Positions 37,152 through 46,489 of a stretch of 64,000 nt of DNA are shown one piece after another. Every line of letters begins with the position of its first letter. Positions within the stretch are counted from its first letter, which is position 1. The translations under genes and the position numbers were made by a program. The notes under the pieces are model-generated. The model searched no databases. It saw only the letters and a program-made list of their open reading frames with translations, and had not been told where the DNA came from. Source of the stretch: an uncultured Flavobacteriales bacterium (GTDB taxonomy: Bacteria; Bacteroidota; Bacteroidia; Flavobacteriales_D; Sanyastnellaceae); NCBI GenBank assembly GCA_965659115.1, contig CBFHUP010000005.1, positions 257 through 64,256 on the forward strand. The letters run 5' to 3'.

Positions 37152-38627
37152 ATGAATAAGAATATTTTCTTTCTCGCCGCCCTCTCCGTTGCCGTCGCCT
37201 TCACGGGATGCACCAAGGATTTTGAGGACATCAATACCAACCCCAACGAGCCGGCTTCCGTCTCACCGGGCTTTCTCCTGACTGCTTCTCAGAAGAGGAT
37301 CATGGACGAGATGACGGACTCCTTTTGGGGCAGCCGTCGTGGCATGCAGCTTTCTCAGTTTTGGTCATCGAACCAGTACTCAAACGAAAGCCGTTACCAG
37401 TTCCGTACCGAGGTCACCAATGGAAGTTGGAGCGACTTTTACGCCGGTCCGCTGCAGGATCTTCAGTTGATCGTTGATCTGAACACGGAGTCTGCTGATG
37501 AGTATTCCGGTTACGGCAGCAATGGCAACCAAATTGCGGTGGCCAAACTGTTGCAGGCTTGGACCTATCAAATGCTGACGGACGCTTGGGGACCTATTCC
37601 CATGAGCCAGGCTTTGCAAGGGGTAACCAACACCACACCTGAGTACGACACTCAGGAGGAGGTGTACAATGGCATCCTCGCGCTGATTGGTGACGCCATG
37701 TCCTCTATGGACGATGGACCCGGTCCTCAAGGTGACCAGGTATATGGAGGTGACATGATGATGTGGGAGAAGTTCGCCAACACGCTCAAGCTGCGTGTAG
37801 CGATGCGCATGTCTGACGTTGCTCCAGAAGCAGCCAAGACAGCGGGTGAAGCTGCATTGGATGGCGCCATGATTATTGCCGCCAACGAGGACAATGCTCA
37901 GTTCCCTTACATCGATGCCGCACCAAACAACAACCCTGTCAATGAGGACTACAAGACGCGAAATGACTTCGCCGCCTCAAACACCATGGTGGATTGGCTC
38001 AGCTCCATGAATGACCCCCGTTTGGGCGTGTACTTCAACCCAGCTGTCAACACTGGAACCTTTGTGGGTGAGGTGTATGGACTGTCTGAGGACAGTGCAG
38101 CGGTGACCGACTTTGACGATGTGTCCCAGCGTGGAGACCTCATCCTTGGTGGTGGTTTCCCCGGGGTTTTCTTCGATGCAGCTCAGACGCATTTCTTGTG
38201 TGCTGAGGCAGCAGAACGAGGATGGGCCAATACACCACTTGGTGCAGAGGCTCACTACAATGCGGCCATCACGTTGAGCATGCAATGGTGGGGCTTGACC
38301 GACGACGCGGCCATCAACGATTACTTGGCACAAGCCGATGTGGCCTACACCACGGCCGCTGGTGATTGGAAGCAAAAGATTGGTTCTCAGAAATGGGCGG
38401 CCCTGTACATGCAAGGTCATGAGGCCTGGGCAGAGTACCGCCGTTTGGACGCTCCAACACTCAACGCATGTGCAGAAGGCGCGTTGGATGGTGATGGAAG
38501 TGTCCCTACCCGTTTCTACTATCCACTGGATGAGCAGACGCTCAACAACTCTGGCTATATGACTGGTGTTGACGCTTTGGGCGGTACAGATGGGCTCAAC
38601 GTCAAGCTCTGGTGGGACGTGAACTGA
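37152..38627 (+). CDS. SusD/RagB-family nutrient-binding lipoprotein
   Basis: The lipobox is VAFTGCTKDFEDINTNPN. The size (491 aa) and the position directly after SusC fit the family. Confidence 0.88.
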   Translation: MNKNIFFLAALSVAVAFTGCTKDFEDINTNPNEPASVSPGFLLTASQKRIMDEMTDSFWGSRRGMQLSQFWSSNQYSNESRYQFRTEVTNGSWSDFYAGPLQDLQLIVDLNTESADEYSGYGSNGNQIAVAKLLQAWTYQMLTDAWGPIPMSQALQGVTNTTPEYDTQEEVYNGILALIGDAMSSMDDGPGPQGDQVYGGDMMMWEKFANTLKLRVAMRMSDVAPEAAKTAGEAALDGAMIIAANEDNAQFPYIDAAPNNNPVNEDYKTRNDFAASNTMVDWLSSMNDPRLGVYFNPAVNTGTFVGEVYGLSEDSAAVTDFDDVSQRGDLILGGGFPGVFFDAAQTHFLCAEAAERGWANTPLGAEAHYNAAITLSMQWWGLTDDAAINDYLAQADVAYTTAAGDWKQKIGSQKWAALYMQGHEAWAEYRRLDAPTLNACAEGALDGDGSVPTRFYYPLDEQTLNNSGYMTGVDALGGTDGLNVKLWWDVN

Positions 38628-38657
38628 GGTTCACCTGCGATTCACAACATTCAGGAA

Positions 38658-38690
38658 AGGCCTGCCCATTGGGGCGGGCCTTTTCATTTC
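38658..38690 (+). terminator. Intrinsic terminator after the SusCD pair
   Basis: The stem is AGGCCTGCCC-attg-GGGCGGGCCT (10 bp, one G-U pair), followed by TTTCATTTCC. Confidence 0.7.
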
Positions 38691-38722
38691 CTCGGTTTTT
38701 TTGTCTGTGCCGCCAAGGGGGT

Positions 38723-39502
38723 TCAGAGCGCTTGGCTACTGATATCGGCAGGGAACCACACAGGTCTAGAAGGGGAGGCGTCGTTGACGATGGGTGCAAC
38801 CTGTAGGGCGAGCAGGCCAGGCCCCTCTGGGACGCCCTCAGGCACGCACAACAGCTCTGAAATGGTGGCGTTGGGCCTTGGGTTGGTGACAGGGCCAAAG
38901 AAGGCGTTGTGGGCGCGCAGTGCTCCCCCATCTACCTCTTGGTCAACGCTGGGCAAATCGATGAGCAGATGTTCGATTTCCAGTTCACACAGTTGTTCGG
39001 CAAACCCGGCAGCGAGGAACGGGGGGTTGGTGTCGCTCCAGTCTCGAATGACTTGTGCATTGGTGCATTTGAGGACGATGGCCTTGGGTTTGTAGGCCTT
39101 GATCTGTTCACGGCAAGAATCCAAAGAGGCAAGGGGCACCTCCCAATCGTCTCCCTTGTTGTCCGGCATGGCATGGACGAGGTACGCGGGAACGATAAAC
39201 GGGAGGGCTGCAGTGCGGGCTCTGGCGTCTATGGGTTGAAACGCATCGTGAATGTGCTCGCGGGTCTCTGTATGTGTGCCGTGGGCGTGAGGATTGAAGG
39301 TGAGGTCCCTAAAATTCACCGCCCCTCCTTCGGCAACCGACCCGACCCAATGGTCAGAGCGCACGGGCTCCACAGTGGCGGGGCCTTTGTACCAGGCCCG
39401 GGGCAGACCGCTGTGGGGATTGATGGGAACACTAAAGTCCACGGGTTGGCCTGAAGCCGTCCACAGATGGTGGTGGTGTTCCAGTGAAATGCGGAGCGTC
39501 AT
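38723..39502 (-). CDS. Cyclase-family protein (kynurenine formamidase-like fold)
   Basis: The HAHGTHTETREH motif resembles the HxGTHxDxPxH metal site of the putative-cyclase family. The Met at 39502 is preferred because the longer ORF (to 39646) would read through the terminator of the upstream gene. Confidence 0.7.
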   Translation of the reverse strand: MTLRISLEHHHHLWTASGQPVDFSVPINPHSGLPRAWYKGPATVEPVRSDHWVGSVAEGGAVNFRDLTFNPHAHGTHTETREHIHDAFQPIDARARTAALPFIVPAYLVHAMPDNKGDDWEVPLASLDSCREQIKAYKPKAIVLKCTNAQVIRDWSDTNPPFLAAGFAEQLCELEIEHLLIDLPSVDQEVDGGALRAHNAFFGPVTNPRPNATISELLCVPEGVPEGPGLLALQVAPIVNDASPSRPVWFPADISSQAL

Positions 39503-39534
39503 GCCGACAAGTTCCCACTCAAGACGGGTTGTCA

Positions 39535-39570
39535 CAAAAGAAAAGCCCCGCCGGTGAGGGCAGGGCTTTT
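39535..39570 (-). terminator. Intrinsic terminator after the beta-barrel gene
   Basis: On the minus strand the stem is GCCCTGCC-ctcacc-GGCGGGGC (8 bp, one G-U pair), followed by TTTTCTTTTG. Confidence 0.65.
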
Positions 39571-39590
39571 CAAAAAAGGTGGACTTCCGA

Positions 39591-40535
39591 TTACTGGAAG
39601 AGGTATCCGAGGCGGAGCTGGGTTTGGAACTGAGTTCCGAGACCACCAGTTTGCTGGCTACCTGTCCAGAAAGGACGGTCGTTGATGTTTGCTGGGTGTT
39701 GTCCGCTGTAAGCGTGTCCTGCGAGGTCTACGCTGCCCTGAATGGGAGCTGGCATCTCGGTCAGGTCGCTGGGATCAACAGCATTTTGAGTTCCCCAGAA
39801 AAGGTTGTAGGCCACATTGTCTGTAGCAGCAATCTCCATGTCGTTCACTTTAGAGCTCATGAAGCCGAGTCCAGCCTCTGCTCCGATGTAGAGGTAATCG
39901 GTGAGGTATGCGTCAAAACCAGTCACAAGACCGAGCTTGAACATGCTGGCGCTCTGGCTGATGGTCTGAGTCCAAACGATGTACTGGTCCTGGTCACCGA
40001 CCTGGTTTTCGTCGTCTGCGCTCCAGAACTCCTGCTCCATAGAGGAACTGCTGATTCCGTAGCCGATTTCGAATCCGATGTAGGGGCTCAAGCGGTCACC
40101 TCCTGCATCGAAGTGCTTCTCGTAACCGGGAGCAATCATGAAGGTGGATGTGCTGTAAGTGTCATACAGGTCTGGGCTTGGGATCTCATCGTCACCAGAG
40201 GTCACGTATGCACCTGCGATGGCTGGGATACCACCACTGAGGATCGTTCCGTCAGGCATGGCAGCGAAGTAAGGAGTTGGACGACCAACGCCGTTAAAGT
40301 CAAACTCACGGAAGCCGATGGACTTTTCGTTTGAGTTGTTGAATGTCAAGCTCAGACGGAATGCTGACTCCTCGTCAGTAAAGTTCCGGTACTTGATGGT
40401 GGTGCCATCGATGGGTGAGTCACCGAGTGGGGTGAACTGCAGTTCGATGTTGTGTTCGCCTCCGAATTGCTTCTGGGCGGTGGCCGTAGTGGCGAACAAG
40501 GCAACGAGTGCCAAGGCGGTCAGGATGTGCTTCAT
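39591..40535 (-). CDS. Outer-membrane beta-barrel (porin-like) protein, family not recognised
   Basis: A signal peptide is present (MKHILTALALVALFATTATAQ). Amphipathic strands alternate, and the aromatic-rich C-terminus is TQLRLGYLFQ. Confidence 0.65.
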   Translation of the reverse strand: MKHILTALALVALFATTATAQKQFGGEHNIELQFTPLGDSPIDGTTIKYRNFTDEESAFRLSLTFNNSNEKSIGFREFDFNGVGRPTPYFAAMPDGTILSGGIPAIAGAYVTSGDDEIPSPDLYDTYSTSTFMIAPGYEKHFDAGGDRLSPYIGFEIGYGISSSSMEQEFWSADDENQVGDQDQYIVWTQTISQSASMFKLGLVTGFDAYLTDYLYIGAEAGLGFMSSKVNDMEIAATDNVAYNLFWGTQNAVDPSDLTEMPAPIQGSVDLAGHAYSGQHPANINDRPFWTGSQQTGGLGTQFQTQLRLGYLFQ

Positions 40536-40700
40536 CTCGAGGTTTCAAATTTTTCCGAGCGCAAGAAAAGCAATTCCCCGTTAGTACCTGAACATATCCA
40601 CGTCTTTTCCACATAGCGGCATGTTGAAGTGCTGCAAATCAGGTAAATAATTTGGATGATCTGTGTGGAAATATGGTCGAATCGTCCGGATTTTTGCAAA

Positions 40701-42161
40701 ATGTTGGAGCCTTTGCACCCCCTTTTAAGACAGGCGTTTGACCCTGAGCGGTTTCTGCGCTTGGGACAACAAGTCTTACAGGACGCGTTCCAACACCTTC
40801 AAGACAGCCAAGAAAAAAAACGGGAAAGGTCCATGCCTTGGACAGCCCCTGAGGAAGAAAGGCGCTTTTGGGAAGAACGCTTGAGTGCTCCAGAAGGCTT
40901 GGTTTCTCTGCTTAACCTGGTTTCTGAGCGGTCCAACCGCTTGCAAGATCCCCGATACATGGGGCACCAAGTGGCGGTTCCATTTCCCGACGGTGCCTTG
41001 GTGGGATTGATCACGGACTTGCTGAACAACGGCGGTGCTGTTTATGAAATGGGCCCTACGAATTCTGCGATGGAGGATGTGCTTATGGCGCGGATCGGCC
41101 AAATGTTGGGGTTGCCAGCAGGGTGTGGCGGCATTTTATGTCACGGAGGGACGTTGGCCAATCTGGTCGCCCTGTTGGCTGCGCGCAGAAGTGCTGGCAA
41201 GGAGGGGGTCGACGTGTGGTCGGATGGCGATGATGGTTTGGGTGCCGTTCTGGTTTCAGAGCAGGCGCACTATTGCGTGGACAGAGCGGTTCGCATCATG
41301 GGCTGGGGCACTGAAGGGGTCGGGCTGGTAGAAACAGATGACCGGCACCGTATGACGCGCGCGGGCATGGAGAAAGCCATGCTGGCCATGGAGAAGAAGG
41401 GGCGACGGGTTACCGCGGTTGTAGGAAGTGCCTGCACGACCAGTTCGGGGGCCTTCGACAACCTTGAATGGGTGGCTGACTTTGCCGCACAACACGGCCT
41501 GTGGTTTCATGTCGATGGTGCACATGGAGCGCCCGCCGCATTTAGTGAACGCCACAAACACCTGTTGTCTGGCATGGAGAGGGCGGACAGCGTGGCCATG
41601 GACTTTCACAAAATCATGGGAATTCCCGCCTTGTGCACGGGGCTGTTTTTTCGCGGTCAAGAAATGAGTTTTCTGCCTTTTACGCAGTCGGCAGAATACC
41701 TCTGGAGTGATGCCGAAGATCCGGAGTGGTGGAATTTTGGTAAGCGCACGTTTGAGTGCACCAAGCGGATGCTGTCTACCCGTGTGGCTGCTGTCCTTGA
41801 AGAATATGGTCCGGAAATATGGGGAGTGCTGGTGGACCGGCTTTTCGGGCTTGGTCAGGCACTGGCGGAGCTTATCGTTCAGCGCAGCAAAGCAGGGTGG
41901 CAGTTGGCGATGGAGCCCGAAGGCAACATCGTATGCTTTCGTTACCTCCCCGGCGATTTTACGGACACCGAAGCGGAGAATGCATTCACTTCAAGCTTGC
42001 GTCAAAAGCATTTAGAACAAGGACCTCAATACATCGTTCAGACCAGGTTCAATGGCAAGGTGTGGTTGCGTTGCACCCTGATGAACCCACTCACTGAAGC
42101 CGAAGACATGGCGGCCTTGTTGGACCGTCTTGAGGTTTTGGCCCAAGAGGTGCAGCGGTAG
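40701..42161 (+). CDS. Group II pyridoxal-phosphate-dependent amino-acid decarboxylase
   Basis: The PLP-lysine motif SVAMDFHKIMGIP is present, along with HGGTLANL and HVDGAHG blocks. The Met at 40701 is the preferred start. Confidence 0.85.
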   Translation: MLEPLHPLLRQAFDPERFLRLGQQVLQDAFQHLQDSQEKKRERSMPWTAPEEERRFWEERLSAPEGLVSLLNLVSERSNRLQDPRYMGHQVAVPFPDGALVGLITDLLNNGGAVYEMGPTNSAMEDVLMARIGQMLGLPAGCGGILCHGGTLANLVALLAARRSAGKEGVDVWSDGDDGLGAVLVSEQAHYCVDRAVRIMGWGTEGVGLVETDDRHRMTRAGMEKAMLAMEKKGRRVTAVVGSACTTSSGAFDNLEWVADFAAQHGLWFHVDGAHGAPAAFSERHKHLLSGMERADSVAMDFHKIMGIPALCTGLFFRGQEMSFLPFTQSAEYLWSDAEDPEWWNFGKRTFECTKRMLSTRVAAVLEEYGPEIWGVLVDRLFGLGQALAELIVQRSKAGWQLAMEPEGNIVCFRYLPGDFTDTEAENAFTSSLRQKHLEQGPQYIVQTRFNGKVWLRCTLMNPLTEAEDMAALLDRLEVLAQEVQR

Positions 42162-42163
42162 AA

Positions 42164-44011
42164 TTACTCTACCGTAACGCTTTTAGCGAGGTTTCGCGGC
42201 TGGTCCACATTGCGGTCGAGTTTGACTGCCATATGGTAGCTCAGGAGTTGAAATGGAATGGTGCTCAAAAGCGGCACGAGGGCATCGTCGGTCTTGTGCA
42301 CTTCAATGACAAACTCAGCCATGCCTTTGACCTCTTTGTCTCCAGCGGTTACGATGGCGATGACCCTTCCTCCACGGGCTTTCACCTCCTGAATGTTGGA
42401 CACCACCTTATCGTAGTGGGTGTCTTTTGTAGCCACAAAGAAGACCGGCATGTTCTCATCGATGAGTGCAATCGGTCCGTGCTTCATTTCAGCAGCAGGA
42501 TATCCTTCAGCGTGGATGTAGCTGATCTCTTTGAGCTTGAGTGCACCTTCGAGGGCAACAGGGAAGTTGTATCCACGGCCCAAGAACAAGGCGTTGGGGG
42601 CGTTCTTGAATGCTTCAGCGATGGCCTCAATCTCGCCCTCTTTTTGCATCAGGGTTTCCACCTTTTCTGGAATGCCGTTCAGCTCCACAAGAAGGCGGTT
42701 GAAACGCTGCTCGTCTAATACCTGACGCAGGCGTCCAACCCGGATGGCTACCAGGGCCAAAACAGCAAGTTGGGCTGTAAACGCTTTTGTGGAGGCAACG
42801 CCAATTTCTGGGCCAGCGTGTGTGTAAGCGCCGCTGTGTGACTCGCGAGAAATGCTCGAACCGACGACGTTACATATGCCAAAGACATGGGCGCCCTTCT
42901 CCTTGGCCATGCGGATGGCGGCGAGCGTATCGGCTGTCTCTCCAGATTGACTGATGGCGATCAGGATGTCTCCTTCTCCAATCACAGGGTTTCTGTATCG
43001 GAATTCGCTGGCGTACTCAACTTCGACAGGGATTCGGGCGAAGTCTTCGAACATGTACTCGGCAATCAACCCGGCGTGCCAACTGGTTCCACAGGCCACG
43101 ATGATGAGGCGCTTTGCCTCTGTCCACATGTCCTGGTGATCGTCGATGCCGGCCATGCGAATCGACCCGTGACCGAGCCTCAACCTTCCGCGGAGGCAGT
43201 CTGCGATGGACTTGGGCTGCTCGTGGATTTCTTTGAGCATAAAGTGCTCATATCCGCCCTTTTCGATGGATTCCATGGCCATCTCCAACTCGGTCACCAC
43301 AGGCGTCACTTTGTGGTTTTTCGTGGTGCGGATTTTTAGTCCGCCGGAAAGGGAAATTCGGGCCACCTCTTCGTCTTCCAAGTAGACCACATTTTTGGTG
43401 TACTCGATGATGGGGGTCGCATCTGATGCGATGTGATATTCTCCATCTCCAATGCCGATGACCAGGGGGCTGGATTTGCGCGCCAAGACCATCTCTCCTG
43501 GACAGGTGGTATCTACAACCGCTATGGCATAAGCGCCCACCACTTCGTTCAAGGCAATGCGGGTGGCTTCAAAGAGGTCGAGTCCTTCCGACTTCATCAG
43601 GATCTCTTCAATCAAATGCACCAAGACCTCCGTATCCGTATCGCTGTAGAAAGTATGGCCGCGGTCGGTCAGGGTTTCCTTGAGGGCGTTGTAGTTCTCT
43701 ATGATGCCATTGTGGATGAGGGCGAGCCGGCCGTTTCCACTCAGGTGGGGGTGTGCATTGACGTCATTGGGGGGGCCATGTGTGGCCCACCGTGTATGGC
43801 CAATGCCCAGGTTGCCTGTTGGGGTGGTACCATCCATATGCTGCAAGAGGTCGTCGACCTTTCCTTTGCGACGGTGGTGCTTGAGTTCTCCTTCTCTTGA
43901 AAGGACCGCGATACCCGCACTGTCATATCCACGATACTCCAAACGCTTTAAGCCTTTGATGAGCAGTGGAAAAGCTTCCTCTTCTCCTAGGTACCCTACG
44001 ATGCCACACAT
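42164..44011 (-). CDS. glmS: Glutamine--fructose-6-phosphate aminotransferase
   Basis: It has the N-terminal nucleophile MCGIVGY, two SIS domains and the C-terminus AKSVTVE (615 aa). Confidence 0.98.
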   Translation of the reverse strand: MCGIVGYLGEEEAFPLLIKGLKRLEYRGYDSAGIAVLSREGELKHHRRKGKVDDLLQHMDGTTPTGNLGIGHTRWATHGPPNDVNAHPHLSGNGRLALIHNGIIENYNALKETLTDRGHTFYSDTDTEVLVHLIEEILMKSEGLDLFEATRIALNEVVGAYAIAVVDTTCPGEMVLARKSSPLVIGIGDGEYHIASDATPIIEYTKNVVYLEDEEVARISLSGGLKIRTTKNHKVTPVVTELEMAMESIEKGGYEHFMLKEIHEQPKSIADCLRGRLRLGHGSIRMAGIDDHQDMWTEAKRLIIVACGTSWHAGLIAEYMFEDFARIPVEVEYASEFRYRNPVIGEGDILIAISQSGETADTLAAIRMAKEKGAHVFGICNVVGSSISRESHSGAYTHAGPEIGVASTKAFTAQLAVLALVAIRVGRLRQVLDEQRFNRLLVELNGIPEKVETLMQKEGEIEAIAEAFKNAPNALFLGRGYNFPVALEGALKLKEISYIHAEGYPAAEMKHGPIALIDENMPVFFVATKDTHYDKVVSNIQEVKARGGRVIAIVTAGDKEVKGMAEFVIEVHKTDDALVPLLSTIPFQLLSYHMAVKLDRNVDQPRNLAKSVTVE

Positions 44012-44047
44012 GGCTGCAAAGTTACAGCCACAGGCCCTTTGGTTGGG

Positions 44048-45325
44048 TCACTGAGACCACGTAACTACAAATTGGGCGGGCGTTTCAGACTGTGTGCTGT
44101 TGAAAATGACCTGTTCCATGGCTACAGAAGAAAGCTCTGAATAGAGGTATACATAAGGACGTGTTTCCTCTCCGTTCAACCTGCGCTGGGTGTATACAGG
44201 CATGTTGAGGGTATAGGTGCTGGTTTCGGGATCAAAACCGCCATCATACGCCACGCCGGGTGATGTGGCCTCGGGTGTCAATTCAATGCCCCCAGCTTCT
44301 CGGCGAAGAAAGGCGGTAAGGAAACTCGGTTTGCCCAGTTTGGATGGGCTTGGATCAACAGGAAGGGTGATTTGGGCCCGGTTGATGACGGCACCTTCAG
44401 GCAGGTTCAATGAATCGACACCAAACAAATCAAGGCGCAAGTAGGAACCCCCGGTACCAAGCAAAACGACTTGATCCGTTCCTTCTGCGGGCATACTGTC
44501 ATTGAGTGCTGAGTATGGAGCTGGCCACACATGTCTGAAATGGGTTGCCCGCGCAGCATTGCTGTTCATCACCAAATCATAACTGGTTGTGTCGGTGTCG
44601 TTGTGGTAATAAATGCGCATATAGGAAACCCCAACATTGGGCTCGAGACTGACGATGCCGCCGCCACCGGACTCAGAGCGAACAGAGATTCCCCTGAACC
44701 ACTTTCGCCACTCTTCATTGTTTGAAAAGACGGTGGTGTCTGCGTCCAAAATTTCCTGCCCAAACGAAGGCTTGAGCATGATGCGCACTTGGGCACTGAG
44801 GGTGTCGCTGCCGTTGTAAACGGGTTCAGTGGGGTGCATCTGCACAGGTTGACGGCTGGGGTCCACTTTGTTGTCATCGATGATGGCCAACCGAGACTGG
44901 GCGTAGTAAGCACTGTCAAAGTTCATGGTGTCGGCCAAGAGGTCCACTCGGAGGCGTTGATCAAAGCTCAAGCCATAGGAGGGGCCATTGTGCTTCAAAG
45001 TGAGTACAACGCTGTCGCAAATGGGTCCCTCGCCAAACTCGATGGAGGTTTCAGAAAGACGGAGTTCAGCAGAAAACCAGGCTTCTGAGAAACCGCTTAC
45101 AGGATCGAAGGTGCTGCCGAGCAGCAACCGACTGCGTTCATCGGTACGCAAGGAGTCTACAGGCACCATGCTGAGTGAAAAAGCCAGCGTGTCAGTGTTC
45201 AATGCCAGAAGTTCCTCTTCTGGTTGCAATGCCAGTCCGATGTTGCTGTCAGGTTTGCGACAGCCACCGATAGATAGCGTCAGGACTGACAGTCCTAGAA
45301 TGAAGCAGTTTCCTGTATTCCGCAT
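44048..45325 (-). CDS. DUF4270-like lipoprotein
   Basis: The lipobox is LSIGGCRK. Its position between the short glycogen-synthase-like gene and glmS matches the arrangement I recall for DUF4270 in Bacteroidota. The family call is from memory. Confidence 0.65.
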   Translation of the reverse strand: MRNTGNCFILGLSVLTLSIGGCRKPDSNIGLALQPEEELLALNTDTLAFSLSMVPVDSLRTDERSRLLLGSTFDPVSGFSEAWFSAELRLSETSIEFGEGPICDSVVLTLKHNGPSYGLSFDQRLRVDLLADTMNFDSAYYAQSRLAIIDDNKVDPSRQPVQMHPTEPVYNGSDTLSAQVRIMLKPSFGQEILDADTTVFSNNEEWRKWFRGISVRSESGGGGIVSLEPNVGVSYMRIYYHNDTDTTSYDLVMNSNAARATHFRHVWPAPYSALNDSMPAEGTDQVVLLGTGGSYLRLDLFGVDSLNLPEGAVINRAQITLPVDPSPSKLGKPSFLTAFLRREAGGIELTPEATSPGVAYDGGFDPETSTYTLNMPVYTQRRLNGEETRPYVYLYSELSSVAMEQVIFNSTQSETPAQFVVTWSQ

Positions 45326-45445
45326 GCGGAGTTGTGGTTTCAGGCGACCAAGTTCGTTCAGAAAAAAAGGTGTGCGATGGCCGTTAAGGACCTTCCTCCC
45401 CGTGTGGGTTGGTCCTCAGGTTTGATACGGGAAACGTATCGGTTC

Positions 45446-46276
45446 TTATCCCTCAACGGCCTCCTCCTTTCCCTCCAGTATACTGTCGTAGAAAGTGGTC
45501 ATTTCGGCAGAACTTAACTCAGGCTCCATGTACCTCATGGTCGGCTGGTTCAAGCCTTCAAACGCAGCCTTGGTTTCGTCGGTCAGCACCTCAGACCCAC
45601 AGACGACAGCGTCGGAGTGTTCCATGGCGAGTTTGTTCATTGCGTCGAAAGTGGGCAGCTTGATGTCGCTGACCAAATCCGCAGAAATCCCATCATAAGC
45701 GATTTTCTCGTGCAAGCTGCCATTGAGGGTTCCATTGAACCCTTCGTCATAGATGCTGGAGACGATTTTGGTGTTTTCAAAATGTGCGTCGCCTTGGAAC
45801 ATTTGCTTCGCGTAGAGGGGAACGAGCGACGTCATCCAACCATGGCAGTGAATGATGTCTGGAGCCCAGCTCAACTTCCTGACTGTTTCTAAAACTCCGC
45901 GGGCGAAGAAGATGGCACGCTCGTCATTGTCAGGAACCAATTTGTCCTTGGCATCAAACCAGGTGACTTTCTTTTTGAAGTAGTGCTCATTGTCGATGAA
46001 GTACACCTGCATTCGCGCTGTGGGAATGGAAGCGACTTTGATGATGAGGGGGTGATCCGTATCGTTGACGTTCAGGTTCATTCCGCTCAAGCGAATGACT
46101 TCGTGGAGCTGATGCCTGCGCTCGTTGATCACACCAAAGCGAGGCATAAAGACCCTGATTTCGCGGCCTCTCTCGTGAATGCTTTGAGGGATGACTCGGC
46201 TGGCTTTGCTGATCGGGCTTTCCGGAAGAAAAGGCTGAATTGCTTGACTGACGTATAGAATGCGGGTCTTGCTCAT
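45446..46276 (-). CDS. Short glycogen/starch-synthase-like protein (N-terminal GT5 domain only, 276 aa)
   Basis: It has RILYVSQAIQPFLPESPI, RVFMPRFGVINERRHQLHEVIRLSG, HCHGWMTSLVP and other GlgA N-domain-like blocks. No second Rossmann domain is present. Confidence 0.8.
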   Translation of the reverse strand: MSKTRILYVSQAIQPFLPESPISKASRVIPQSIHERGREIRVFMPRFGVINERRHQLHEVIRLSGMNLNVNDTDHPLIIKVASIPTARMQVYFIDNEHYFKKKVTWFDAKDKLVPDNDERAIFFARGVLETVRKLSWAPDIIHCHGWMTSLVPLYAKQMFQGDAHFENTKIVSSIYDEGFNGTLNGSLHEKIAYDGISADLVSDIKLPTFDAMNKLAMEHSDAVVCGSEVLTDETKAAFEGLNQPTMRYMEPELSSAEMTTFYDSILEGKEEAVEG

Positions 46277-46313
46277 GAATCTTAGGGTTCCGGGAGTGAA
46301 ATCAGGCTTATTC

Positions 46314-46321
46314 CAAATATA
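46314..46321 (-). promoter_or_regulatory. Candidate -7 box (TATATTTG) for the glycogen-synthase-like gene
   Basis: On the minus strand it is an exact TAnnTTTG match, 38 nt upstream of the start at 46276. Confidence 0.4.
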
Positions 46322-46489
46322 CGCTGAATAAGGCGGAAATTCAAGGATTGACGCTACTTTCAGGCCCGATATTTCGTGTGTGTTGACACTACTTAACGCC
46401 TTGTCAGGTCTGAAAATCTGGCCTTGGTTTTGGGGTTGTAACGCCAGAAGCGAAAAATGAATTTCATTGTTGTCCGAAAATGAGAGGGC

